From the human T2T-CHM13v2.0 reference genome, Homo sapiens: 64,000 nt of DNA. The notes below the pieces were generated by a model, which worked only from the letters and a program-made list of their open reading frames with translations, made no database searches and was not told the origin of the DNA. Shown here piece by piece: positions 1 through 14,590 of the stretch. How positions within the stretch are numbered: the first letter of the stretch is position 1; the number at the start of each line of letters is the position of its first letter. The stretch lies in NCBI RefSeq assembly GCF_009914755.1, contig NC_060946.1; one strand, 5' to 3'. Both the position numbers and the translations under genes were made by a program.

Positions 1-732
1 TGCTCAAACCTCTAGGGGAGTATATAGACGGGCAGGCTGTGGGGCTCCGACCCCATGACAGTGTCTAGGGGTGAGAGTTTACAGCTCCTGAAGCCCCAGT
101 GGGCATGTGTTATAGGGTGCTCTTTTAGTTTGCCGTCTATAGGCGACTTGTGTTAATCAGCTCAATCAGACCCTCTACCTTGTTGCAAGGACAGAGGGCT
201 TTCTGTATCCCGGGTTCTTGCTTTGGTGTACCAGAAGAATTGGATCATACGTGGACTTGGACAATGAGTGCAAAGTTTTATTGAGTGGAAGGATTTTTCC
301 ACCAATGTGGGAGCCAGAAGGGAGATGGTTTAGCCCTAGAGTTCGGCTGCTCAGTGGCCTCGGCTCTCCTCCGACTGCCCCAGCCAAACTCCGCCTTGTC
401 CCACCCGTCAATGGCCTGCCAGGGTGCTGACGTCTGTCGGTGTGCTCTTCTGCCGGCTTGCTCCCTTGACGTCCTCCCACCATCCAGCTGCTTGTATCTT
501 CTTCAGCTGGTGTTCGTCTCTTGACATCTGGCTGCCTGTATGTCTGCCCGCTAGGGTCTCGGGTTTTTATAGGCCCAGGATGGGGGGCATGGCAGGCCAG
601 GATGGTCTTGAAAAATGCAACACTTGGGCATGAAAGCTGGAGTGCCTCTACTCACCTAGGTCCATAGGAGTGGAGCCCTAGCCAGGGGTCACCTTTCTCT
701 ATCCAGCACTTCCCTGACCCCCTCCCGTAGCA
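1..732 (-). mobile_element. ERV1-class LTR (LTR1/LTR27/LTR28-like group), continues past the window start
   Basis: Minus strand begins TG(CTACGGGAGG...) at 732; TATAAAA at 565-571 and AATAAA at 277-282 on the minus strand; sequence resembles HUERS-type LTRs recalled from memory; subfamily uncertain. Confidence 0.8.
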
Positions 733-904
733 GTATTAAGCCTGGCAAATAGTCGGCATTCAAAAATCAGTAGCTGATAATCAGCAACTTTATAATTATC
801 ACCACCATTATCTCAATACCCATTACCACACTGCAGAGATTAGAGAGTTTTAATTCTAAAAGAAACAGCTTTAAACTGCAAAATTTGTTACTGAATTGGT
901 TGTT

Positions 905-1183
905 TCTTTTTTCTTTTTTTTGAGACACAGTCTTGCTGTCACCTAGTGCAGTGGCATGATCTCGGCTCACTGCAACCTTCGCCTCCCCAGTTCAAGCAAT
1001 TCTCATGCCTTGGCCTCCCATGTATCTGGGATTACAGGTGTGTACCACCACGCCCAGCTGATTTTTGCATTTTTTGTAGAAACGGGGTCTCGTCATGTTG
1101 GCCAGGCTGGTCTCGAGCTCCTGACTTCAAGCAATCCACCCACCTCCCAAAGTGCTGAGATTACAGGCCACCACACCCGACCC
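905..1183 (-). mobile_element. Alu (S/J-type)
   Basis: Poly-T followed by reverse-complement Alu body; TSD ctgaat(t/g)ggttgtttctt at 891-908 and 1183-1200. Confidence 0.95.
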
Positions 1184-1457
1184 TGAATGGGTTGTTTCTT
1201 AAGACTATGCCCAGCAGGCTAAGGATTTATACTAATGCTAGGGCAAGACTTCACCCCACTCATAGCGTAGTTCCTACAATAGTACTAGTGACAATGTTTC
1301 TGACAAACTTTCTCAATCAGTCATGCAAATATTAGTATCAACACAGTCTCCCATGCATGTCACCCCAATTTTTTACATCCTGTGAGTCAACTCTGTAGTT
1401 TGTTGTTGATATTCACAAAAGGAGAAAAGCCACTGCCACTGAGACTGCAGAACAACT

Positions 1458-1737
1458 AGATAAAAGTCTCACTTTGTTGCCTAGGTTGGAGTACAGTGGC
1501 AGGATCTTGGCTCACCGCAACTTCTGCCTCCCTGGTTGAAATGGTTATCATGCCTCAGTCTCTCATGTAGCTGGGATTACGGACAGGTGTCACCACGCCC
1601 AGCTAATTTTTTTTGTTATTTTTAGTAGAAGCAAGGTTTCTCCATATTACCCAGGTTGGTCTCGAACTCCTGGCCTCAAGTGCTCCACCCACCTCCCAGA
1701 GTGCTGGGATTACAAGAGTGAGCCATGGCGCCCGGCC
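1458..1737 (-). mobile_element. Alu lacking an A-tail
   Basis: Reverse-complement Alu consensus ending cccggcc; no poly-T at its left end. Confidence 0.9.
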
Positions 1738-2555
1738 ATAACTACTTCCAAATGTCACAGATCAAAAGGGAGAAATTGGAAGGGATAGCACAAGGTCTTT
1801 CTTTCCCTGAAGAGTAAAAAATACACGACTGTCATCTCATCAATTCATACTTATTAACTGCCCATATGATGAATTAGATGCTTTAGTAAAGGCATACATG
1901 AAAAGCAGTATCACTAGTCTCCTCACAATTCTAAGAAATAATGCTGTGAGGAAACCTGCCTAGCGAAAGGCAGTAGACTACAGGAAAAGAAATCAAACAC
2001 GCAACAAAGGTAAGGCATGTACAAGGCAATGTAAAAGGTACAAAGCAATTTACCTAGAGTAAGTTTAATTTAAAGGCTTTCAGTATGTTGAGCGGAAAAA
2101 AAAAATTCCGTCTACCTCCTAAACTTTTAAAGAGCTAATAAATCTAGTAAACTTACAAGTTGTCAAAAACATGTCCAATTCAGGAAAGGGGTGGATGGAG
2201 GCAGAAAACAACCTAAGACATAAAAAACATAAAGGAACAGAATGAAAGAAAAAGAAGGATGGTCAAAAACAGAAAGGAAATTTGACATAACAATCTTAAA
2301 TATCTTAGGGAGGGAAGAAAATCTTAGGGAGAGAGGAAAATAAGGGAATGAAATGAACATGGAAGTAATAGTGATTAAGCTGGAATGCATCATAGCTATT
2401 AATGGGTTCAACATCTCTGTTTTACTGATAAATGAACTGTGGCCTAATGAGGTTAAGTAATTTCCTTGAGTTTGCACAGCTACATAGTAGCAAGTCTACC
2501 AAGGTGATTAACACACAGTAAATACTCAAATTATTTTATGAATTAAAAAGACAAG

Positions 2556-2972
2556 TGTTATGGACCAAGTGTTTGTGTCCCCCCAACTCCAAGTTCCTAT
2601 GTTGAGGCCCTAACTCACCTCTTTGCACCCTGCCCACCCCTGTACCTGTATTAGGAGATGGAGCTTCTAAGGAAATAATTAATGTTAAGTAAGGTGGGGG
2701 TGATAGGGGAGTGGCACTGCTCCAATAGGATCATTGTCCTTAAAAGAGACACCAGAGAGCTTGCTCCCCTCCCCACTCCTGTCCCTATGCACAAAGAAGA
2801 GGTTGTGTGAGCACAAGACTAGATGGCAGTCACCTACAAGCCACAAGAGGAGGCTTCAGAATGAAATCTGCCTTGCTGGCTCCTTGGTCTTGGACTTCCA
2901 AGATCAATTTGCTGTTGGTTAAGCCACTCAGACTGTGGTAATTTGTGATAGCAGCCCTAGCAGACTAAGATA
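2556..2972 (+). mobile_element. MaLR solo LTR (MLT1A/B or MST-like)
   Basis: tgttatggac...tgtgtccccc start; ccttgctggctccttggtcttggacttcc; gcagccctagcagactaagata end. Confidence 0.8.
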
Positions 2973-3366
2973 ATGAGCATTAAAGTCTTCCGGCATTCAA
3001 AAGGAAAAGAAACAGAAAAGTAAAGGAAAGAGGGAGTGAGGTAATATTTATATTTTAGGTTTATTAAATAGTTAAACCTAAAATATATTACTTTTGTTTA
3101 ATGGTGATTTGTACTCACTCACTCCCTCTTTACTTTTCTATTAGAGAATGAAAAGGGGGGCCACTGAGCCTCTGGCTAGGTTTAGTTTATGCAAAATTCC
3201 AGGTTACATTTCTAAAGCTTCCCTAAAGGTACCTACAGGTAGTAGAAACTCAAACTTTCATTCAATGAATGAGCGGTCAGAATCGATTCTGTACTTACAA
3301 AAGTAACATATCCTTTACCCACTCCCCAAACTATGCACCATCAACTGCGAATTAATAAATGCTCAC

Positions 3367-3370
<4 letters not shown>

Positions 3371-3422
<52 letters not shown>
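3371..3422. repeat. (TG)n microsatellite, about 26 units
   Basis: Direct reading. Confidence 0.98.
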
Positions 3423-3423
<1 letters not shown>

Positions 3424-3982
3424 TTGTAGCCCATATGGTAAATATACAGACTACCCAGACTACCACACAAGAATCTGGACAAGTCCCGACTACCCTTTTC
3501 CAACCTGCCTATTCTCCTAGCGCCTCCTTATCCCCCTAGGAGTTTAGCCATCACATATTAAACTTTACATTTTATTGGGAAAACAAAGAAAACATTTTAA
3601 CTAACAAATTTTAAGAAAGCTACATTTTGTTTTGTGAAATAGTAAAAAAATAAATAAATAAATAAAGCTTTATTGTCCAATTCTAATACAAATTTTGAAA
3701 GCTGTAGTTAAAATTTAGTTTACTTCTTAAGTCAAAGAGGTAAATCTTAAGAATTCAAAGGAAAATGAGAGTTACTGAAAAAATGCAAATCACCGATAAA
3801 CAAAGGTAGAAATCTGATACTTTTAATTGTGTCTTATAGTGCTGTTCATTACCCAAATTGCTGGCAAATAGCATGGCCTTAATAACTGATGAATGAACGG
3901 GCTAAATATGTACTAGAAAAAGAAATGTGAACCCAGAACTTATAAATATGGTGGGGGGTACTTTTAAGTAGCATTTTTAAAA

Positions 3983-4118
3983 TTTTTTTATTTTTTTTGA
4001 GATGGAGTCTTGCTCTGTCACCCAGGCTAGAGTGCAGTAGCACGATCTCGGCTCTCTGCAACCTCCACCTCCCAGGATCAAGGTATTCTCCTGCCTCAGC
4101 CTCCCAAGTAACTGAGAT
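3983..4118 (-). mobile_element. 5'-truncated Alu (part of right arm)
   Basis: Poly-T + gagatggagtcttgctctgtcacccagg...; TSD ttaagtagcatttt on both sides. Confidence 0.9.
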
Positions 4119-4454
4119 TACATTAAGTAGCATTTTAGTGGTCTTTATTTCTGAAATGTGCTCGGAAAAAAAGACTATACCGAGAAAAGGGAGCAAAAAG
4201 AGTACTGTTTTCCTTGTAACGTTTATTAATATATAATAGGCAGTACCACAGCTCATCTTACAGATGAAAGACCCTTAAAGCCTCAAAACAAAACTCCTTT
4301 AAACGGATGCCTAAATGGGTTCACTTCCTCTGCTCTGAAAAAGGGTATTGTAGTCATTCTATAATCTATCTAAAATTTACAAAATAAGTCATATTCTAAA
4401 AATGCATTTTTATTTCAGTTTTTTAGAACTCTGATCACATTCTCCCATTAAAAG

Positions 4455-4456
<2 letters not shown>

Positions 4457-4494
<38 letters not shown>
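4457..4494. repeat. (AC)n microsatellite
   Basis: Direct reading. Confidence 0.98.
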
Positions 4495-4497
<3 letters not shown>

Positions 4498-5284
4498 TTT
4501 ATAAATGATGGCTGTGTTTCTAGACCAGATATCACAAGAACCTAGTAATCATGGGGAAAACGTTTGAGCACACTGTACCAGTAATGTACCTGAACTACTA
4601 TCCATCTGAAATAAAAATAAACAAAAAACAAGATAGCTAAAATAGCAGAAAATTACAAATAATGCCAATGTAATTAAATAAGAGATACTTTTCCCCCAGA
4701 TCACCTTGCACGTTGGTTGGTAGAAGACAAATTTAATCACTGACTAAGAAAGTAGAGACTTCTGTAGATTTAGAGGAAGGAGTAGGAGTACTTTCAAGGG
4801 TTTTAGTCACTGGTGCAACTTTTTAAAAAATAATTTCAATTTTATTTCAACACCTACTGCATTCCCATTTTCCCTGATACAAATGTAATTCTAGTCAATC
4901 AACCATAAATTAGGTAATTTTTTATTTGATAATGAAACAAAGACATGAAGATAAGGAAAAAGAAACAGCAAGATTTAGAACAGAATAGGGAAGCAAAAAG
5001 TAATGCTTAATAAGTACTTGCTAAAAGGACAGGAAGGGAGAAAGGAAGAGAAAAAAAAGAGGGGAAAATGTGGATATATAAAAGAATGCTATTAGTGTAA
5101 GTAAAGATTAAACAGTAGAAGAGAGAACTGGAGGTGAAGGGTAGAAAGGCAGACCTAACATACCCATGATATTTTTAAAGGAGAAAGAGACTTGGTGATA
5201 AGGAGGAGACCCTGAATCAGTTCTCAGTATTGCCACTCAGGAGTACAACAGACTCAGAACTGCTGGGATGGGTCTGAAACGGTA

Positions 5285-5510
5285 ACAATCATAACTAACA
5301 TATACTGAACATTTACTATGCACCAAGAACTGTTCTGAGAGCGTTACATGGCTCAAAACAACCCTCTGTGATAGATATTATGTTATTCTCATTTTACAGA
5401 TGAGAAAGCATGGTAACTTATCCAATGTCATTCAGACAGAATGCATCAGAACCAGATTTGGACCCAGTTAATTTGGTTCCAAAGCTTGTGCCATTAAAGC
5501 ACTACTGCCT
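5285..5510 (-). mobile_element. MIR
   Basis: aacatttactatgcacc...tctcattttacagatgagaaagc MIR core. Confidence 0.7.
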
Positions 5511-5775
5511 CAATAGTACAAAGCACTGGTCCCTGCGATGTGAGAGAGAATAGCTGATGTCAGCTAGAGTTCTACCACTATAAATTCTATAGTTACTAAG
5601 TATTCCGTTACTGAAAAAAATCACAGGTAAAAAAACCTCTAGAATTTGACAAATATTTATTGAACACCATTCATTATTCTAGACACTGAAGATAATAGCA
5701 GCGAATACACCAGACAAAAAACTCTAAAAGAGGAGACAGGTGGGAAAAAAAGTTTTTATTTTACATACATATACA

Positions 5776-5792
5776 TACTACTACTACTACTA

Positions 5793-5832
<40 letters not shown>
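5776..5832. repeat. Compound (TAC)n(AC)n microsatellite
   Basis: Direct reading. Confidence 0.95.
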
Positions 5833-5835
<3 letters not shown>

Positions 5836-5867
5836 GTTTGTTTTGTTTTTAAAGATACAGGGTCTCA

Positions 5868-6795
<928 letters not shown>

Positions 6796-6951
6796 TTATA
6801 ATATTTAGAAGATAAATGCTATGAAAAATTTAAAGTAAAATGGCTTTCAAAAGGCCTTATTGAATAGGAAACATTTGAGCAAAAATTTGAAGGCCAGGAG
6901 GAAGACATGAGTATATCTGGAGAGAAGCATTACAGGCAGAAGAAACAAGTA

Positions 6952-7295
6952 CAGTAAGCCCTCCATATTTGTGGGTTCTGCATCCCTGGATTCAACCAAC
7001 CATGAATGGGAAATATTTGGGGCAGGAGAAATAATTCGTACTGGATATGTACAGTCTTTTTTTCCTTGTCACCGTAAATCGTGTTCCAGAAACAATATAA
7101 CAGCTATTTACATAAAATTTACACTTCATTAGGTACTATAAACACTCCAGAGATTATTTAAAGTATACAGAAGAATATGTGTAGGTTATATGCAAATGCC
7201 ACACTATTTTATATCAGGGACTTGAGCATCTGCGGATTTGGGTATCTTTAAGAGGCTCTGGAACCAACCCCCTCATGAATACCATGGAACAGCTG
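6952..7295. mobile_element. MER2 (Tigger-family MITE)
   Basis: TA-CAG...CTG-TA ends; ggattcaaccaacc and cagggacttgagcatctgcggattt motifs. Confidence 0.8.
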
Positions 7296-7299
7296 TACA

Positions 7300-8280
7300 A
7301 AGTGCCTGGCAAATTTGAGGAATGGCCAAAAGGCCTAAGTAGCTGTGAGAAATGAGAACAGGAGGAGATGAAAGTCAAACAAGTACCTAGGAGCAGGCTT
7401 GACTGGAGCCTTGTGGGGACTCTAGCTTTTCTTCTGAGCGAAACACATCAGTGGATTTTGTGCATGATCAGATTTATATTTTCAAAGGATTATGTCAGAT
7501 GTTGTGATTAGAATAAATTCTTCAGTGTCAATAGTGGAGATAGCGAGACCAGGTAGCAGACTATTACAAAAACCTGGGCAAGAGAAGATGGAATACCGAA
7601 CCAGGATAGAAGTGGCAGAGCTAGTAGGATGGGCACGGCAGCTCACGCCTATAATCCCAGCACTTTGAGAGGCCAAGGTCGGTGGATCACTTGAGGCCAG
7701 GAATTCGAGACCAGCATGGCCAACATGGCGAAACCCTGTCTCTACTAAAAATACAAAAATTAGCTAGGCATGGTGGCGCATACCTGTAATCCCAGCTACT
7801 CAGGTAGCCGACTCACAAGAATCGCTTGAACCTGAGAGGCGGAGGTTGCAGTGAGCCAGATCATGCCACGGCACTGCAGCCTGGGCGACAGAGCGAGACT
7901 GAGGAAAAAAAAAAAAGGAAGAAGAGCTAGTATGGATTGAATTTAGGTTATTTTTGAAAGGCAGAACCTAAAGGATTTGCTAATTAACAGGACCGCAGTG
8001 AGGGAGAAAGAGGAGTCCAGGATGACTAAGGTTTTTTTTAGCTCAAGTAACAGAAAGATGTCATTATCTGAGAAGAAGAAAACTGTGGGTTTAGCAAGTC
8101 TGAGGGCAGAGGAAGGCAAGTAAAGGCCAGGAGCTCAGCTTTGGACATGTCAAGTTTGAGGTAACTATTATATTACAGATGGAAATGTCAAGTAGGCAGT
8201 TAGATATGAGCTTCTAGAGAGAGTTCTAGCTAGAGGTATACATTTGAGAGCCAAGAACATACAGACAGAATTTAACACCC
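7300..8280 (+). mobile_element. L2 fragments interrupted by an Alu
   Basis: Purine-rich L2-like text (ggagtccaggatgactaagg, ttggacatgtcaagtttgagg, agtaggcagttagatat). Confidence 0.6.
7627..7916 (+). mobile_element. AluS
   Basis: Full Alu with A-tail; agagctagta on both flanks. Confidence 0.93.
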
Positions 8281-8736
8281 AGTGTATCATCAGAGTCCAC
8301 TGGGCCCAACTTTTCTTTTCAAGCAGTTCAGTTCTACCTGTAAGAATTTATACTTTATGATTTTTCTTTCTTAGAGGTATTCCAAAAAGAAAACAGAAAA
8401 ACGAAATTGTTACTTTAAAAATAAACTATTTTATCTTGTAATAATACATGTATTCCTTGGACCCTTTTATAAACCTAAGATTCACTGTGAAATTTTAGAA
8501 GATCTTTATTTTTCCTACATCTTGAAACATTCTGACTTTTCAGCAACTTTTACTTTTTAACTATTCCCAGCCATGGAAGGAAGGGAGGGAGGGAGGGAAG
8601 GAAGAAAGGAGGGATAGGCAAAAAGGACAAAAACCATGAGGTATTATAAAAGGGATTAAAAGATATAGACAGCATTCAAATGTGATTGATGGTTACTGTA
8701 GGGGTAATATCTAATTAGTTGCATGAAACTTTGACA

Positions 8737-9017
8737 GCTGGGCATGGTGGCTCACGCCTGTAATCCCAGCACTTTGGGAGGCTGAGGTGGGCGGATCACG
8801 AGGTCAGGAGATGGAGACCATCCTGGCTAACATGGTGAAACCCCGTCTCTACTAAAAATACAAAAATATTAGCTGGGCGTGGTGGCGGGCGCCTGTAGTC
8901 CAGCCACTCTGGAGGCTGAGGCAGGAGAATGGCGTGAACCTGGGAGGCGGAGCTTGCAGTGAGCCGACGATCGCGCCACTGCACTCCAGCTTGGCAACAG
9001 AGTGAGACTCCGTCTCG
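8737..9017 (+). mobile_element. AluY with G-rich sequence in place of the A-tail
   Basis: accatcctggctaac, ggagaatggcgtgaacc, ggagcttgcagtg Y diagnostics. Confidence 0.92.
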
Positions 9018-9046
9018 GGTGGCAGGGAGGAGGGGGAAGAACCTTT

Positions 9047-9349
9047 GGTCAGGCATGGTGGCTCACGCCTATAATCTCAGCACTTTGGGAGGCTGAGGTG
9101 GGAAGATCACTTGAGATCATGCATTCAAGACCAGCCTGTGGCAACACAGCCACAGACTTGTCTCTACAAAAAAATAAATAAAAATACAAAAATGGTGGCA
9201 CACATCTGTAGTCCCACCCAGCTACTCGAGGGGCTAAGGAAGGAGGATAGCTTGAATCCAGGAGATTGAGACTGCACTGAGCTGTGATCGCACCACTGCA
9301 CTCCAGCCTGGGCAACAGAATGAGACTCTGTCTCCAAAAAAAAAAAAAG
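9047..9349 (+). mobile_element. AluJ
   Basis: ggaggatagcttga, gctgtgatcgcacc; A-tail. Confidence 0.9.
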
Positions 9350-9431
9350 GAAGAAATTTTTTTTTAATGTCTAATGCAGTTGTTTTTTCACTATCCCTTT
9401 ATTCTTATTTCTTAATTATAAGAAAACTTAG

Positions 9432-9786
<355 letters not shown>

Positions 9787-9839
9787 TTAAAGGAAAAAAA
9801 CATTTTACCCGGCTGGTAAAACTTTCCTGGTTAGCTGAG

Positions 9840-10540
9840 AACTAAAGCCATGAGAGTGGATGAAAGAGAATCAAAAAAAGAGGTGAAAGGACTTGGCTCA
9901 AAATATTACAACTTTAAAACTGAGTACAAACTTCCAAAGAGGTGGGAAGAAAATCAGGAAAGTATGATGTCCTGCAAGTCAAGTATCCAAGAAAGTGAAT
10001 TAGAGAACGAAGTGATCAGTGATAGAATATTCTACAGATAGGTCAAGTAAGATGAGGGCTGAGACCAGACCACTAGATTTAGCAGCATGCAAGTTACTGG
10101 CAACTTGGACTAGAGCCCTTTCAGTGGTGTGGTTGCAATAAAAACCTGGCTGCGTGGGTTTAAGAGGAGAACTGATATAATCAGATATAATCAAATATAA
10201 ACAACGCTACTGAGTTTTGCTTTAAAGGAAAAGAAATTCAGCAGTTGCTGGCAAAGTGAGGTCAAGAGTATTATTTTTAAATAAGTGGAAGAACAGCTTA
10301 ACTGTATGCTGACGGGACTAATCCAATAAAGACAGAAAACTTGATGATCCCAGAGAGAGGGAAGAGAATTGCTGGATCCATGTCCTAAACAGACTAGCAG
10401 AGATAGGACCTAGTATACAACTGGAAGGTTCACCTTATATAGGAATGCAAATGCTTCATGAGTGAGGGGACAGTTTATTCATACTGATGAGAGAAAGTGG
10501 GTAAATACGGGGGTGGGAAATCCTCTCCTGATTGCTTCAG
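9840..10540 (+). mobile_element. L2 fragment
   Basis: aggtcaagtaagatgagggctgag...ccactagatttagcagcatg...tttcagtggtgtgg. Confidence 0.6.
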
Positions 10541-11199
10541 TTTTGCACATATCATCTGGTACTTATGACTTGTAAGCAAAAGCCAAAAGAAGCAATTTAA
10601 CAACAGCATGGCATTCTGGGAGCCTAGATGGCAGAGTATTAGGGCTGCTTTCTCACTTGCCCTCTGGGTTTCTGTTCTCTAAAATCCTTGCAATCACTAA
10701 ATGGCATAACTTTTTCTACAAAAGAAAGGCAGGAAATTGGGGGGCACAAAAGAGTCACTGATCCATACTGACTCTGAAATCTAGCAGGGCAAACACTGAA
10801 AGTTCCTTGATTAGGTCTCAACACTGGGAAAAGAATTCTCCATGACTTTTGCCTTCATCTCTAGGCTCCTGCTTCCAACCTCTGAGTCATCTTTCCCTTT
10901 TGATGAAAGGTGGCATGTGTTAGCTCCTGAGCACTTTCTCAGTCTGCTTCCTGCCAGCAGAATGCTAGGGGTGTCCGACAGCCTCTTTTCATTTTGTACT
11001 GTTTCTTTTCCTGTTCAGTCCTAGCTACAGTGGATTTCCTGCATATCTCACCACAATAGACAAAAGCTATACCCATAGATCTCTCCAAGAGGAACTCTTC
11101 TACCTCTACCTTGGGCTCCTGCTAAAAAGGCTAGAAGCCCTATTGTTTGACGGAGAGGCCTTGAGTGTGACTGAAGAGGATGCTAAGGCACTACCTTCT

Positions 11200-12553
11200 C
11201 AGGTCTTAACAGCAGGCTTTAAAGGCACAGTCTTGGCTTTATCTTTAGACCGCCATTCTCCCCGGAGTGGCTCTTGAATTGATCTTTGCCGTGTCTCAAT
11301 TTCATCACCCTCTGCCAACCAGAAAGGCTGAGAATTTTCAAAATCATCAAGTTCTGGCTCCTTTTTTAACAGTGCTTCCCTCAATTTATTTATTTCCCCT
11401 CATACTTTAAGCAGCAAGAAGGAACCAGAGGGGATCTGCAATGTTTTGTTTAGAAGTTTACTTAGCTAGATCTCTCAGTTCATGAAACACACTTTCTGCT
11501 TTCCACAACTATAAATGATAGTGTTGCTAAACTTTCTACCACTACATAACAAGGATCCCCTTTCTTCCAGTTTCTTTCCTTTAAGACCTCGTGACAATCG
11601 CCTCAAAGTCCCATTTTTATAATGTGTTCAAGGTATTCTAATCTTATACTAACACTCTCCTTAAAAGTCCACTGCCCAGTTTCAAAGTCACTCCCAGTTT
11701 AGATTTTCACCAAAAAGCACCCCACTATTGGTACCAAAATCTGTAGTTATCTCTTTTTTTTTTTTTTTTTTTTTTTTGTGATACAGGGTCTCGCTCTCTT
11801 GCTCAAGTTCTTGCTCTCAGCTCATTGCAGCTTACACCTCCCAGGCTCAGGTGATCCTCCCACCTCAGCCTCCCAAGTAGCTGGACTACAGGCACGCACC
11901 ACCTTGCCCAGCTAATTTTTGTATTTTTAGTAGAGATGGGGTTTTGCTATGTTGCCCAGGCTGGTCTCAAACTCCTGGGCTCAAGCGATCCGCCTGCCTC
12001 GGCCTCACAATGTGCTGGGATTACAGATGTGAGCCACCACACCCGGCCTAGTTATCTATTTCTATGTAACAATTCATTTTCAATCACAGTAGCTTAAAAC
12101 AGCATTTATTATCTCAGTTTATGTGGATCAGAAATCCAGCTGGGTAAGCTAAGTGCTTCTGGTTCAGGGACTCTCACAAGGCTGCAGTCAAGGTGTTGGC
12201 TGGGGCTGCAATCATTAAAGCTTGACTATCAAGGATCCACCACCAAACTCACTCACCTGGCTGCTGGCAGGTCACTAGCTGTTAGGCCTAGACATCACTG
12301 GCTCTTGGGCCTTCCCACAAGGCTACTTAACAGTGTAGGGGCTCTGAGAGAAAGGTAGAGAGGGCAAGCACCCAAGATAAAAGCCACAGTCTCTTTGTAA
12401 CCAAATCTTAGAAGTGACATCTCATCAATTTTCCATATTCTATGCATTCAAAGTGAGTCACTAGGTCCAGCCTATAAGGGGAAGATAATACACAAGGGTA
12501 TGAATATCAGGAGGTGGGGATCACTAGGGACCATCTTAGATGCTGCCTATCAC
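11200..12553 (-). mobile_element. MaLR internal segment plus adjoining MLT1-type LTR (11742-12553), split by an Alu
   Basis: ttggtaccaaaatc-tgt internal/LTR junction; cagcatttattatctcagttt, ggctgcagtcaaggtgttggctggggctgca, ...tgcctatcaca end. Confidence 0.7.
11753..12048 (-). mobile_element. AluJb inside the MLT1 LTR
   Basis: Poly-T + Alu; TSD tagttatct. Confidence 0.92.
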
Positions 12554-13578
12554 AGACTAGCTGAATGTATTACAACATATTGGTTAAGAGTACTGACTCT
12601 GAAGCAAGACTGCGCATTTGAATCTTCCTTCCCCGTTGTAAGATGAAACAAGATAATAGTAATGAAAGCATCAGACCCAGTGCCTCCTATCATAGGAGGC
12701 ACTTGGGAATTTGTTTTCTTATCTCTTCCAATCCCAACTGCCTTTAACAATCGAAAATTTCTCCAGTTTGAATATTATCTGCAAACATCCAATATTAGAG
12801 CAACTTGTTGAGCAACATGCAAAAATGGTTTTGATTTTCAATGAATCCAAGAAACTTATTTTTAATAACCTTAATTTAATAAAATTAAACACAAAAATAA
12901 AAATAAATATCTAAAATTACTTAAATATAGCAGAGGAGAACACAGACACAGCAACAACTGATCTTCCCAACACGTGCTCTGACCACCTACCCCTGCCCAG
13001 CCTTTGGCATCTACTGTACTGTTTAGTGAGACCTTCAGTCCCACCTTGCCAAAAAAACCATGATGTTTTTTACCTAACTGGCAATTTCAAGTACTGTACA
13101 AGAAGCAGAATAAATAAATCATTAAGAATATTTTATGTGAATGTCAATTTATCTAAGAAATAATACTTAACAATTCTACTGGGAAAAATCATGCCCATTT
13201 TACAGATGAGACACAAGAGCATAAAGATCATCTGTCTAATCATATGGCAGGCTAATGACTAGGCCAGGGACAGAAATGTAACTAGCGTATGATGAGAAAC
13301 ACAATGAAACCATAGTCAGTTTTCTGATTTTCATGGATACAAGAATCTTGCCAGTGATTAAAGTTCATCTCACACACTCAGGAAAAATAATTTGACAGTT
13401 ATTTTAGGGAATGAAAGCTAGGTCGTTTCCCCGCATAAACAACATAAGCTTCTGACTCTTACCTCCCTCTTGATTTATTTAACCTCTGAATAGATGGTCT
13501 ATATTTAAATAAGCAAGTAAAACACCGTACAAGTTAATACACAATGAAGACAGTACAGAGCCTATAGATTTGGGTTAA

Positions 13579-13907
<329 letters not shown>

Positions 13908-14176
13908 CAAACACAATATTTTAGTTGAACACTTTGCTACCCAGACAGTTCATTATACCTAGAATATCCAATTAACTTTTCAACCAATATCTGTGGAATG
14001 TCTATTCTATGCTGGCCTTCAATTACAAGTAACATATGTTCTCTTATTTAATAATAGTGAAAGATGCTAAAAAAAAATGTGTGAAGAGGAGCACCAAGTT
14101 CTCACATTCAGAAAAACCTATTAATTCTAAACAGGAATGTAATGCTTTCAACTGGATTACAACTTTTAAAAGCAAT

Positions 14177-14590
14177 ATAGTCATGTGCTGCTTAATGCCA
14201 GGCACACATCCTGTGAAATGTGTTGTTAGGTGATTTCATAGTTGTGAGATCATCATAGAGTGTACTTACATAAACTCAGATGGCCTAGCCTACTACACAC
14301 CTCGGCTATACGGTATGTACGACCTATTGCTCTTAGGCTACAAACATGTACAGCAGGTGACTACTGAATACTCTACTGTGGGTAATCGTAACACAATGGT
14401 ATTTATGTACCTAAACACAGAGAAGGGACAGTAAAGATACAATTGTTATTTATACACTCTTATGAAACCACCGTAAGATTGAACTGCATTGACTGATGCC
14501 TTCAACTGCATTGACTGATGCATTGAACTGCACTGATGAATGATGCAGTTCATAGCTACCTGAAACGTCTTTATGTGGTACACGACTGTA
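14177..14590. mobile_element. Tigger3/MER47-type DNA transposon fossil
   Basis: agtcatg... start, catcatagagtgtacttac, gcctactacacacct, ...cgactgta end. Confidence 0.75.
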
